A stretch of 64,000 bases of DNA from Yuukianura sp. NJ FZ-2021 (Eukaryota), in the NCBI GenBank assembly GCA_046563655.1, contig CM102286.1:12400001-12464000 (forward strand). The letters run 5' to 3'. Both the position numbers and the translations under genes were made by a program. The notes under the pieces were generated by a model that made no database searches, was not told the DNA's origin, and saw nothing but the letters and a program-made list of their open reading frames with translations. Positions 52,369-64,000 of the stretch are shown one piece after another; positions within the stretch are counted from its first letter, which is position 1; every line of letters starts with the position of its first letter.

Positions 52369-53681
52369 ATGGAATCAAGTTCTCTCCAAAGCCCAATGTA
52401 TCCAAAGCTAGGTAATGCAATTCCAAAAATTGAAAATTTCCAATTTAATCCAAAATTTGACAAAATGCAAAGTGACAAGTTTTTACAAAACTTAGACTTT
52501 AATTTTATTTTATAAAATAGAGTCTGACGGTGATGAACCTATGAAGGAGAAGCGAAAACGTCCATTGGTTATGGAAAACAAAAAACAGTTGGAATCAGTT
52601 TGTAAATAACTCAAAAACATTTCGTCTTGAATGCTTCTACGCATGACTAAAAGTTGTGTTTTGTTGCAGGCGAAGTAGGTCTGGCATGTTACGGAGCACT
52701 GAATCGATGTCACCCGATCATCACTCCATACGAAAACGATAGTTTGAAGAAAAAGCACAAACGGAAATATGTTTGCATGTGCATTCCATTGCGTCGTCCT
52801 GTGATTCCACAGAAAGTAACATTTTCCAGTGCTTTCTTCAGTCTCACCACGACATGGCGGCAGATTGTGGAAAAAGTTGAGAAAAATATCGGAAATACGT
52901 TAACTAAGACCTCTCAAACAGAAAATATGCCTCTTGCAAAGGTTAGCGTGGATTTGGGAATTCCAAAAGTGTCAATTTTCAACACTCAACTAATTATTTT
53001 TTTTTAGATCGAAAAGGCTATTGAAGCTTTGTCTGATGTCAAGGCTGGTCCAGCCCTGATTGACAACTGGGCATGTCGTGAGGCAGTTTGCAAAAGTTTT
53101 TTTTGCGACTTGGTTGAAATGCGCAGAAGTCTGAACGTTCCGAAATCTGGGAACTTGGATTCCAAAACTGCTGCGCAAAAAATTCATTTGAGACAGGATG
53201 GAAATATGCTGGTGTTGGTCGGTACTTCCATGGGATCGATTTCCCGCGACAATACAACCGATGTGACTATCGTTAGCCGAAATACCACTAGTATTCTTGA
53301 AGCAACGCAGAAGGAGATGGACTGTGCGTTTAAAACTGCTAAAACAATTTTTACTGGATTTTTCTTGTGTGTTGACGTGTTTTCACTCCAGATTTTGAAA
53401 AACTCAAGAAGAAGCTGATGGAAGACAAAGGTTACATCGGTCGCTTCAAGCACATTGCGTCAGGGGTCAAATTGTACGGAGGAGCGAAGGTACGCAAGTC
53501 TATTGCGCGGGCTCTCAAAGGAACCAATGTCCTTTTGGTTGTTGGAAAAGACGGTGATCCTGACAGTTTTGAACTCCGCGTCCAGTACAACCTTGATCAT
53601 CTGCTTCCATCTGACGTGAACAAGAAATTACTCATGGACTTTGCATGTAGCCTTCACCAGGTCTACAACCACTTCTGCTAA
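52369..53681 (+). CDS. Uncharacterised protein, paralog A, ~333 aa; exons 52369-52411, 52521-52601, 52670-52941, 53008-53323, 53392-53681
   Basis: GT-AG exons in frame (phases 1,1,0,1); clear similarity to the neighbouring gene (QKIHL, MLV, GYIG.F.H, AK.RKS.A.A.K, DPDSFELRVQ, C-terminal LH.VY..FC). Confidence 0.75.
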
Positions 53682-54250
53682 ATTAGCAAGTTCACTTAAA
53701 ACAAAAGAATTCAAGTCAGTGAGATTATTTCGAAACGAGAGAGAAAAATAAATAATCTTTGAAATCAATATTTTTAACACGACAATAATGCTTTTGATGA
53801 ATGTGTTTATTAAACCCAATTTAACTCTTGTTTTTAAGTTCGTAGTTTTTTTTTGGTAATTTTCTAGTTAATCTTAGTTTACTCTGTTCAAAAACAATTA
53901 ATAATTAAATTATTAGCATCTTAGTAAAAACTCATAAAATAACATTTTTAAATTATGGCATTTCAATTTCATGAAATAAATTTACTTTATTCCCCTCAAA
54001 AGCGTCTCTGTTCAACGCCAATGTCGCCATAGTGACGCAAGATGATGAAATTGTTTGGACGCTAACATAAAAAAAAGTTTTACGTTCTCATCTTCTTTTG
54101 GAAAAGAACTATCAGCAGCGGTTACAACATTTTTACAAACGTCGTCTGTAAAATCGCTTTTCGTCTGCCATTTGCTGTGTCCATCATCATCACTGACTTT
54201 CAGAGATCTTTGTTCACACAAAGTAACAACCGTGACTTTACTGCAAAAAA

Positions 54251-55624
54251 ATGGAACCACAACCTAATTACCAAGCTGTGACCACTAAACTTCCCAACCT
54301 CGGTATGTGTTTAATTTTGATCAGTTATTTAGAATGTGAAGAATTCCGTTTACTCGTATTTTTTCTAACCGTACTTTTGTTGTTCAATGTGCCTGGATTT
54401 GAACTCATCAAAGGATTTGACGAAGAAAGGAAGAAACTAATGGCTGAGCTTAGGGAATCCGAAGAACGTTTAAAAGATTCCAATAAACAGCTGAAGATGC
54501 TGCGTATTGCCAATCGTATGAGAATTACAGTTAATTTTAATTTGGAATATTTCGATGCCCTGGCGTATACGCGTAACTTTTTTGTTGTTACAGGTGAAAT
54601 AAAATGCTACAATGCACTACTGAAGCGACAAGGCCAAGTGGAAGATGGGTGGAGCAGCGATTACAAATGGGGTTTTCTGCGCCGCTGGTTGAGTCCGATT
54701 CGTCATTTTCTTGTTTTGGAAAATGCTAAGTTCTGCAGTGCCTTTGTAAGTTTAACGATGACCTGGAAAGACTCTGGTGAAGACGAAACAGTGACCAGTA
54801 GCCGAACGAACCATGACGATTTTGATGAAAACATGAGCTCTGAAAAGGTAACACAATGCCGCCAGGAATTCAAAAGCGTAATTGTTTTAGATTTGAACTT
54901 TTTTTTGGGTAAATTATTCACGTTTTCACTCAAGTGTTGCTTGATTTCAGCTCGAAGTGGCGATTACATCTTCGCCTGACATAAATCCTAATGTTACAAA
55001 CCGCGCAACTCGTGAAGCGATATTCAACTATTTCGTTGAAGATTCGATTGGCTCAGATCCAAACTTTTACAAGAAAGCATTGGGATGCTCATCGAATGGC
55101 CCAAACTGGAATGGAAAGCAAAAGATTCATTTAAGCGAAACTAAAGACATGCTTGTGGTAATTGGGGCTTCTGGATTGGACGATAGCTCAACCCACGTGA
55201 CTATTCTTTGTCGAAGTTCTATTAGTGTTCTCGTTGCTGCTAGTGCTGTAAAAAATTGTAAGTACATCCAAAATCTATACAATTTCGGAACTAGTATAAT
55301 GTATTAATTGTTATTTTGTTTTACTTAGATCTTGATGAGCTCACAATGAAACTGGGTGAGAGCGGCGGATACATTGGTCACTTCGATCACATGGAATTGC
55401 AGGTCAAAATGCGTGGAGACGCAAAAATGCGCAAGTCAGTTGCCAAGGCTGTCAAGAACAAAGCATCCAACATCGCTTTCTCGGATGACAACTACCGCGA
55501 TCCAGACAGTTTTGAGCTAAGAGTCCAACATGATCTTCGGGATTGGAGTCCGGAGAAAGTGGAGAGGAAAATAATCGGTGAATTTGCTGGTGACCTTCAC
55601 AAGGTGTACAAACGCTTCTGTTAA
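54251..55624 (+). CDS. Uncharacterised protein, paralog B, ~336 aa; exons 54251-54302, 54414-54515, 54594-54847, 54951-55257, 55329-55624
   Basis: Same intron phases (1,1,0,1) and motifs as paralog A; coiled-coil-like exon 2; exon 2 boundaries less certain. Confidence 0.72.
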
Positions 55625-56578
55625 GTCTCGAAAAAAAAGAGAACTCAAATCCAACAACAATTCACCAAAATCTCCGACGTGATTCAAAACAGCGACAATT
55701 TAAAAAATTTCAAAATAAGTTCAAAAACAAAACGGTACTGTCCGTAAAAACACCAAAGTGTAAGAAATAGTTTTGACCTGTGATTTTATCTACCTGAAAA
55801 TAAAAAAGTTTTAAATTAATTTGATTTTGCAATAATTTATTAATATTTTAATAATAATAATGCTTTAATTATTGTTCTATTGTCAACATATTAAGTTTTT
55901 CTGACACTTTTTCTTCTGCTAAAATTCTATTCATAGTTCTAATTTTTATTTTTCCAGCTATAACTTTCCCTCTAAAGCTTTCTCTGTTCAACGACCAATC
56001 AAAGTTCAGCAATAAAACTGAAATTTGAAACTTTCCAAAGAAAATAAAATAGGCAATTCAAAATTGCTTTTTCCTCAATTCATGATTGCCTTTTGCAATT
56101 CTCTCTTTCGAAGAAGTCCCTAACATAACATAACCTACAGTCAATAACTTAATAGTCAACAATAACATGACTAATTACTATTAACCTTACAAATACAAAC
56201 TTTCTACAACATTTCTAAATTCTACATACGTGACTGCAAATCTGAAGGTCAAACAGCGCAATGTTAGGTTATGTAAGCATAACTTAACATGAGAATGCGT
56301 ATTCTCCGCGTTGTTACTTTTGCCATTTCAAGGACAACCTAAAATGATATTTTGCAGGATAAATCTCAATTATGAGCTTAGTGGCTAAAAATTTAGAATT
56401 CTAAAATTCAAAATTTTACTAGCAGGAGAGACTAAGAAATTATGGATGAGGAATTGGTTAATTACTTTGAACAAAAGTATTATTGAGAATGTACAAGTTT
56501 TATGTACATTCGTTACTACAACTGACCAACTTTGGCTGTATTTTTTTTTCGAACTTTCGTTATTCAAAATTTTGAAAT

Positions 56579-59500
56579 TTAGTCATCTGAGAAGTCAGAG
56601 TCAGACTGTGCCTTGCCCTCCATGGGTTCCTCCGGAGGAGGTTTGACCTCTTCCTTGACGACTGTAGCTGCCAAATTGTAAGTGGCTGGTGTGACCCCTT
56701 GAGTGTGCTCTACTTCAACTACGTACTCGTGTCTCGAGAGGTACTTCACAAATTTCTCTGGGGGTTCATCACACATCGGCACTGAAACTGATCTACAAAC
56801 TGTATGAGATATGGTAGTATGTGGCATGGTGAATTCCACGTAGCAGTACTTTGTCAAATTAGCCGGGATTTCTTCATGTGGCTGAAGTGTAATGTGGCAA
56901 AAGAACGAATGAGTCGTGTATGCTCCTAGAATTTCAACCAAAAATTTTCAATTTGACTTATTTTTTACAAAAGGAAAATCCAACAAAAGGGAAATAAAAA
57001 AAAAGTAATGTTAACAATTTTTTTGACTTTATAACCTAAAGTCGCCACAGATTTTTAAATTCATTTTCTGCATAATTCCAGTGTGGGAGTTTTTTTTTCA
57101 AAATTGAAATTTATTTTCGTTTTTCGAAAGTGAAATTTTTGAAAAAACGGGTAGTGGCTACCTTGTCCTTCCTTAGGGAGTCGTGCGACTCGCCAAACAA
57201 TTGCTTTGTGCTGATGTTCGTACTTGGCTTGTCCAGAAGTGACTTCCATGAGGCTGTTTTCTACAGCTTCAACGGCGCCAAGAAATCGTTCAATCCCCTT
57301 AACTTTCCCACTCCTAGGAAAATGGACAGTTTAGATCAGGGTGCTTGAAGCATTTGAGGGTGCTTAGCGTGAATGTTATGGGAATGCGTAAGGTTAGGTT
57401 GACTTTGACTAAGGAAACCAAGACGTACCTGCGATGAGCTGATTTGACAGATCCGTATCTAAAGTGCTTCTCCACTCGGAACATATAAATCCAACACTCC
57501 GGAATAGGAATTCGAATCATTACGTCTTCACAAGGGATCTGTCCAAGCTTCCGACTTGTAAAGCCAGGAACTAAAATATCGCACCGAATCTCTATCCGGT
57601 GTCCCGTCGTTGTAAAAACTGTTTTGACCTGCAATGGCAACTCTCTGTGTCGTGGCGGTCGCACACGAAAGCGAAGCAGTTCGATGTAACATGCGTCCAA
57701 CGGTTTGAACCTATAAGTAGCCAAAATTTAAACAAAATCTTGTTACATCAAGCTAATAAAAATCGTAAAATTTGCGTAAAAAAGTGTCATAAAAGTTGAT
57801 TCTTTTTTAATGCATCGGCGTTGAAAAAACAATAAAGAAATCATTCGAGTTAAAAATTCATTTCTTCACCGACGAATGGCGTCCAAAACTGTACAAAAAA
57901 AACTGAAACCATAAACCAATTTCTTTAAAAGTTTTCAGTCGTCGCAAAAAAACGGCCGGAGAAAAAATATTTCCTACATTTTTTTTTAAAAAAAGAAAGA
58001 AGAAAAAACAGTTTTATAGCGTGATTTATAATCTCTTACAAGAATGACATTCAAATGGATTTTTAAAAATTTTGTTTGTTGTTTTTTTTTAACTTTTTCT
58101 TAGACTGTATTATCTGAGTGGTATATTTTAGAATGAACTTACTTGACCATTTTCGTTTCGTTAAAGACGTCGAGTTGAACGCAACTGCTAAATTCAATGT
58201 CTTCAGTTCGGATCCACTCTTCGGTGGCAATCGGAATGATGTCGTGTCTCCCTACTACTTCCTTGCCCTGTCTCCGAATGTCGTTGATGCCCAACTCCAC
58301 TTCTGCTTGACCCGACAGAAACGACAGAAAGTAGAGTCTAACCCGTGCTATTTGTTTCGTCACTACACCATGAGCATCTTGTTCTGCATAAAACTCGTCC
58401 ACTAAGGTCACTTGGACCTCCTCTGACTTGTAGGTCAAAGCTCGGTCACGGTGAACAGGAAGGCGAAACAGAGCTTCTTCAATTACCATACTGAATTGCT
58501 TCATTTCTTCGTAGTTCTGAGTTCCTAGTTTCACTAGTTGAGAAACCTAAAAACCATTTTATATTAGATTTAGCCCAAAATTGGGGCACTGTGAAACTTA
58601 CGCGCCTAAAGTTCTTTTTTCTATACAAAAAATTTTACCTGTGGCGCATGCTCGAGCGGGAGTCCCAACTTTTTCAAATCGCTTCCAAATTCCTTCACGC
58701 CTTGATAATCTCCCTGAATGGCATACGCTGCAAACTGACTCAGTTTGGTCGTAATTCTCTCCGCTTTTGTAATTTGCCCGGGGCGTACTCCTGGTCGCTC
58801 TTTATAAAAGACGTACTGCAGCTTTGCAGTGAATATTTTTCCAAACTGATCAAATTGTTGAGCCGCTAAAATAAAAAAAAAGTTTTGAATATAAGTGTCA
58901 AAATTTCAAATTTTAACGTGAATGAAAAAATGAAAACGTTCTTACCAATGTCTGAAACGGAGTAGCATGGTTGCAGCGGTATTTCTTGAATAGGGTCCTT
59001 GTCCTTGGCTGTATTGAAAATCTGGACAGTCGGAATGTCATTTACTGGAACCAGTCTAACGTAGACTTTCTTCCAGAACCTTTGTCCAGTAATTTTCTTT
59101 TTGTTAGGGTGTCTCATCTGCATTTCCCAGCCATCTCCAGAGAACTTAATCCTGGGAAAGTCTTCCAGCGGCTGAGACTGATCTTCTTCAAACAACGGAG
59201 TCTGCGGACTGTCTTGTGAGTCTGACCTTGGAACGGCCCCACCGCCCCCTTCACCTGGAGCAACTTTCACCGAAGACAGAAATGGAACAAACGAACTGTT
59301 ATTGTCTTCACTGTATGCAGATCCGGTAGATATTGCTGGACTTTTTGGGGGAGGAGCCAAAGAGGGAACCAAGTCCAAGTTGAAATCGTTTTTCTCCTTT
59401 TGCCTTCAAAAAATAAAGAAATTAAAAAAAAATGGTTAAAGTTAGATGAATTTTTAGAAATTTTGACATTCAGTTTCAGACTTAGGTTTACCTTATGGTA

Positions 59501-61432
59501 ATGGATAAGCTAGGTTCAGGTTTATCAAAATCGTCACTGCCGCTGTTCATTCTGGATTTTGCGGGAGTACTTTGTGGAACTGGCGGTGGTTCTCTGAGAG
59601 ACAAAAATTCGTCAAACTTGTCTTCTCCGAAACCTCCCGAAGAGTCTCCGAAACCACCAGAAGAGTCACCAAAACCTCCTGAACTGTCACCAAACCCGTC
59701 ACTTTTTGTTACTTCGTCACCCCAAGCTGGAATTTTAAATTAAAAAAAAAATCAATTTTAAATTGAACAAAATCTAAACTTTTTTTTTCAAATTTAGCCT
59801 ACCCGAAGCAACAGTGGGTGCCGATCCGTCGAATGCTCCGAAAGCATCTTGACCTCCAGCAGAGCCGTCCGCTTCCGTTACACTGTTGAACCGGTCTTCA
59901 AACGAGTCAAAATCAACTTTCTGTTGCGGAGGTTGAATTGTCGCCTGCTGAAATGCCGCCGGCGGCGGCGGAGGTTGTGGTGACGGTGTTGGTGGGTACA
60001 CGCGCGGTGCTGGTGGGACAGGCGGCGGTCCACGACCTTTTGGCATCTCAACGGCTGCTGTAAGAGCGTCGACTGAAAACGGTGAGCTCGTTTGATTTTG
60101 GGCAAATGGAGACGGGGAGGGGCAGGGAGCCGGTGGGACGTGGGGCGGAGTCGGAGCTGAAAATGGCGACGACGGGTCAAATGTCGTCTGCGGTGCAAAA
60201 AACGGTGATGAATCGTAATTTGTCGTCATCGGAGCAATTTGTTCAGCTTGTGCTTCAGGTTTCGGTGGTTCAAAAATTGACATAGAATCGGCTGCCGGTG
60301 GGGTTTGTTGTTTAGGTGAGGCAGCAGGAACTGGTGTTGGTGGGTCTCGTCTGGGAGATGGTGGGACTGGTGGGGGTGGGCGTGAGGGGGAAGGTTTTGG
60401 CGGTTGAGTTGGCCTTGATGGTGGCAACTTTTCAGGCATTTTGACTTCGGCAGGTTTTGGAGGCTCAACTTCAATTGGCTTGCTGACTGGCACTATTTCT
60501 GGTTTCATTTCAAATTGTATTGGTGGCTCTGGAGTCGGTTTTGGTGGGGATGAAATATGTTTTGGTGGTTCCGCAGTTGGTTTTGGTGGTGATGTAATGG
60601 GTTTTGGTGGCTCCGTAGTGGGTTTTGGTGGCTCATAAGTTGGTTGTGGTGGAGCAGCGTCTATGTTGAGATCAAAGATGTCTCCCAGTGCGTCAGTTTT
60701 TGTTGGTGGCTGTGCTTGTTGTTGTTGAATTTGTTGAAAGAATGGCGACTGTTGCGGTTGGAAATCCGAAACGAGCGGAACGTCTCCAAACGGCTGAGAA
60801 TGAGTTTTTGGCTGTTCTGGCGGTTTGCCGTAGAGCCCCATCAGATCAATCGTCGTCGTACTTTCAATTGTTTTCGGCGGAAAATTTGAATTGACAAAGG
60901 GATGATGATGGCTCGAAGTCAAATCTTCGTCGCCCATAAGAAGATCAGGAGATGGCGACCTTGGAGAGGGCGTGGGCGACGGTGGCTGTGGAACTGGACT
61001 TGGCTGAGCATACCTCAAGCGATCCAGAAGCGAATCGCTTGTGGCTTCCAGCGCTCCAGTGACTGTCGATAACAGATCTTGTGTGGCTGTTGACATTGGC
61101 TGAAGCTGTTCCAGTTCTGAAACGCTTCCATAACTAGTTTGCATCTCATTCCAGCTATTAACTCCAGTTTCTGTAGCTCCAATGAATCCAACACCAACAG
61201 ACGTTTGTGGTGCAACAAAATCTGCAAATGGATTTCCTGCTCCATACGCCGCTGAAACTGACGTCATTGACGCTAAAAACGGATTTTCGTTTTGTGTCGG
61301 TTGTGGCTGCTGTTGAAACGAAAAAACTTCGCCGCTAAGGAACGGATTTGAAGCAACAGCGGCATCTCCAGCTCCGTTTCCATATTGTGGCACAGTGTGC
61401 TGCTCCACTTCACTTAAAAATGGATTAAACAT
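56579..61432 (-). CDS. stnB: Stoned B / stonin (NPF motifs, Pro-rich region, stonin-homology and mu-homology domains), ~1244 aa; exons 61432-59803, 59726-59492, 59403-58946, 58865-58639, 58546-58143, 57710-57429, 57313-57162, 56925-56579
   Basis: Four NPF motifs; GWEMQMRHPNKKKITGQRFWKKVYVRL; mu-homology KFKPLDACYIELLRFRV, YGSVKSAHRR, AKYEHQHKAIVWR, VEFTMPHT..VRS-like segment. Confidence 0.95.
59626..59697 (-). repeat. Coding tandem repeat (GFGDSSG)x3 + GFG in stoned B exon 2
   Basis: 21-nt units with synonymous variation: GGGTTTGGTGACAGTTCAGGA / GGTTTTGGTGACTCTTCTGGT / GGTTTCGGAGACTCTTCGGGA. Confidence 0.85.
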
Positions 61433-61523
61433 TTTGAATTTTAAAAACTTTTGTTTTAATGAAAGAAAAACTTTTAGTTTTAAAAGTTCTAAAACCAAAG
61501 TTTTAAGTTTTTTCTTTCACAAA
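61433..61523 (-). other. Putative intercistronic spacer (91 nt, AT-rich, no ATG) between the stoned A stop and stoned B start
   Basis: stnA TGA at 61526-61524; stnB caaaATG at 61432; the two ORFs are in different frames. Confidence 0.8.
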
Positions 61524-63917
61524 TCACGCGAATGACGTATCAAACGGATCGATTTCCTCTTCAAAATCAGGAATCGGCGTGGGTGGAGCTGCCGCGGGAA
61601 TATTTGGCGGCAACGAAAACGTATTTTGAGTTCTCTCCAAAGTTGCTTGACGAACTACCGGTTGAAAATGGGCTGATGCCAACTCTTCTTCTAGCAATTT
61701 GGCTTCAACTTTTCCTGGAAGAATTCCAGTTACTGCTGAAGTGTCAAATGGATCTTCAAAAGAACTGTTTCCAGCAGCCTGAGGTGACAACGGTCGATGA
61801 TGTTCAACTTCCGCCAAATCTCCGTCGATAGAGTCAAACGGATGCAAACTCTGCTGACGTGGTGGCTCACTTGACACAATTGAAGTAATACTCGTGGATT
61901 GTAAAACTTTGAAATTTTTAAGCGGGCAAATTCGGGGAGGAACGAAATCTTGAGTGGAATTTAAAAGTTCGGATTCGAGTTCCTTCAATTCGTTTTTTCC
62001 TGGAGCAAAAGTGTCCACGACGTCAGAAGTGTCAAATGGATCTTCAAATTCTTTTTCAAATTGTTTTGCCGCTGAATACGGTAATGTTGGTTGCGATTTT
62101 AGAGGTGGATGTCGTAGTTCTAAAATTTCGTTGATGCAGTCGTCAGGAGCGTCCAAAGGATGATATTCCTGTTGCGCAGGCGCGGCAACGGTAGAATTTA
62201 GTATTGAACCGGCAAAATCCAAATTTTGAAACGATTTGTCTGATTCTCCGGGAGTGATAAGTTCGTCTTCGAGAAGTCGGAGTTCTGACTTTCCCGGAAT
62301 CGCAATATGCGATACTGCGGAAGTATCGAATGGGTCGATTTCTTCTTCGTCTTTTGTTTGTGGCGTGAGTGCTGCTGTTTCAAAATTTGAATCGGGATGA
62401 ATTATATCCAGAGGATGAAATGACTCTTGTGGTGGTTCGTCTTTTCTTGGATCAAAGTCAAAATCGTCAAGAGATTCAGCTTTTTGAGATACTCCTGGCG
62501 GTTCTGGTGGTGCTGACAAAGATACCGCCTCTGGCGGGGTCAAAGGTTGGCAAACCGCAGGTAAAACTGATTGGTCACTTTCACTATTTAGCAATTCGTC
62601 TTCAAGTTGTCTCAATTCTGATTTGCCAAACCCGAGTTTCTCAACCACTGAAGTATCAAATGGATCAACTTCAACTTCTGCAGCACTTTCACTTAAAACT
62701 TCAACTTTTGTTGGAACAAGATCATCTTCCGTACGAAACCAAGCATCATCATCATCATTCACGCCGATTTCTGCTTCTTCTACTTCCGGTTGTGTGAGAA
62801 GGTCAAGGTTTGACACTTGAGATTTTCCTCCGACTGGTTTGATTGGTTCGTCACTTTCAAATTCACGAACTAAATCTGAAAAATCTAATTCCGCTGGTTC
62901 AGTTTTTGTTTTCGCTGCGGCTGGAACTGGTTGCGGTTGCGCAGATTCAGACGAATCGTCACCTCCATCAAATCCAAGAAGGTCAACATGCACAGGACGA
63001 CCTCTTTTGGTCTTTTTGATTTCTTCTGTTTTGTCTTCGTATGGAACAGTTTTTGAAACTGGAGCAGCGTCTCCCTTTTTAGTTAAAACTTCAACTGCAC
63101 AGCCCAAGTTAATTTTCCGTTTTTCTTTTACTTCTTCTTCCTGGATTTTCTTAACAACGTCGGCTACTGCTGAAGTGTCGAATGGATCGTCTCCGTCGTC
63201 AGCCTCTACTGGACTGTCTGGAATGTAGGCCAATTGGATTTGGCCAGTTTCGATAGCATCGAGATAAGAAGTATCAAATAATCCATCGTCCAAAACAACA
63301 ATTTCTTTCTCAACTTCTTCGAATTTTAGTACTTCTGGTTTCGGTTCAGCAGGAGTTGGCTGTAATTAATAATTAAATATTTAGATTCCTATTTTTAACC
63401 TTGAACACGCGCAGCTCTCGTCACAAGTTGCTCAAAAATTTATAATTTTGAGGAGTTTCGAAAAAAAATTTACCAGAGGAGGTCCCCAGGAACCATCAGT
63501 TTCGTCAGTTGTGGGAGAAAACGGTTGATCAGAGTGAAAGTCTTGTGATTTCTCAACGTCTTCCCACTGAACTTTCTTTTCTTCAACAACAGCAGCAGAA
63601 ACTTTCTTTTGGTAGTAACTTGTAGTTTTGATTCGATCAAGGTCACCCGAAGTTTTTTTCAAAGTCACGTCAATCCCAGCAGTCAGTTGCTTAAATCGAG
63701 CCCATTCGTCATCTTGTTCAGAATCAGGAGCAGTGGCGGATTTTTTTGAATCAGGATTTTCAGATTCTGTAGCAGTAGAAGTCCCTTCACCACTTTCAGC
63801 CTTCCTTTCCTCAAGTTCTTTTTTGAATTTGGCTAAATTCTCGGGGTCAAATAAGTCCTCTTCCTTGTCCTTCTTCCCTTTGATTTTCTTCTTAATCCCT
63901 TTCTTGATTTTTAGCAT
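61524..63917 (-). CDS. stnA: Stoned A, 759 aa, acidic, with DPF motifs; exons 63917-63474, 63359-61524
   Basis: MLKIKKGIKKKIKGKKDKEEDLFDPE, EWARFKQLTAGIDVTLKKTSGDLDRIKTTSYYQ, LAYIPDSP, six DPFDTS motifs, four GKxE(L/A)xxLExEL motifs; upstream acceptor at 63952/63951 implies a 5'UTR exon outside the window. Confidence 0.93.
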
Positions 63918-64000
63918 ATTCCAATAACACACTACTGCGGCTTTGGACTCGCTAAAAAATATTTTTAACAATCATTGTAAATTTAGTTTAATTACACAAG

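Noticed and set aside
61489..61527. Possible intron fusing stoned A to stoned B
   Set aside because: Candidate GT-AG would be only 39 nt, shorter than any intron modelled in this window, and donor phase 2 does not match the phase 1 needed
59878..63927. Antisense and alternative-frame ORFs overlapping stnA/stnB
   Set aside because: Expected shadow ORFs of Pro/Ser/Glu-rich coding sequence; no independent gene signals

Overview
Eukaryotic, AT-rich, intron-dense genomic DNA from an arthropod. The gene set (dicistronic stoned locus, beaten-path Ig gene, CG10737-type gene) and short introns suggest a hexapod such as a springtail; this is inference. Gene order: 3' part of MOCS3/UBA4 (+), Rab7 (-), an XTBD/dsRBD/G-patch/R3H NKRF-like gene (+), an intact 152-aa orphan gene (+), a collapsed pseudogenic duplicate of the MOCS3-NKRF block, ADCK1 (+), a beat-family Ig gene over ~23 kb (-), ~10 kb non-coding, a TM/SMP-like/C2/C1 gene of the C2CD2/TMEM24 (CG10737) type (+), two tandem paralogs of an unrecognised family (+), then stoned B and stoned A (-). 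Main observations: (1) the orphan gene uses an inverted copy of the Rab7 promoter, 5'UTR exon, first intron and start codon; (2) stoned A has 759 codons with no internal Met and stops 91 nt before the stoned B ATG, matching the Drosophila dicistronic design; (3) the NKRF-like locus appears to encode both an XTBD-only PAXT-1/CDKN2AIPNL-like protein and the full-length protein through a weak GC donor plus an intronic poly(A) signal. A TA-flanked MITE family (3 copies) and a DINE-1/Helentron-like element are also present. All exon coordinates were derived by hand from splice signals and reading frame; no database searches were run.
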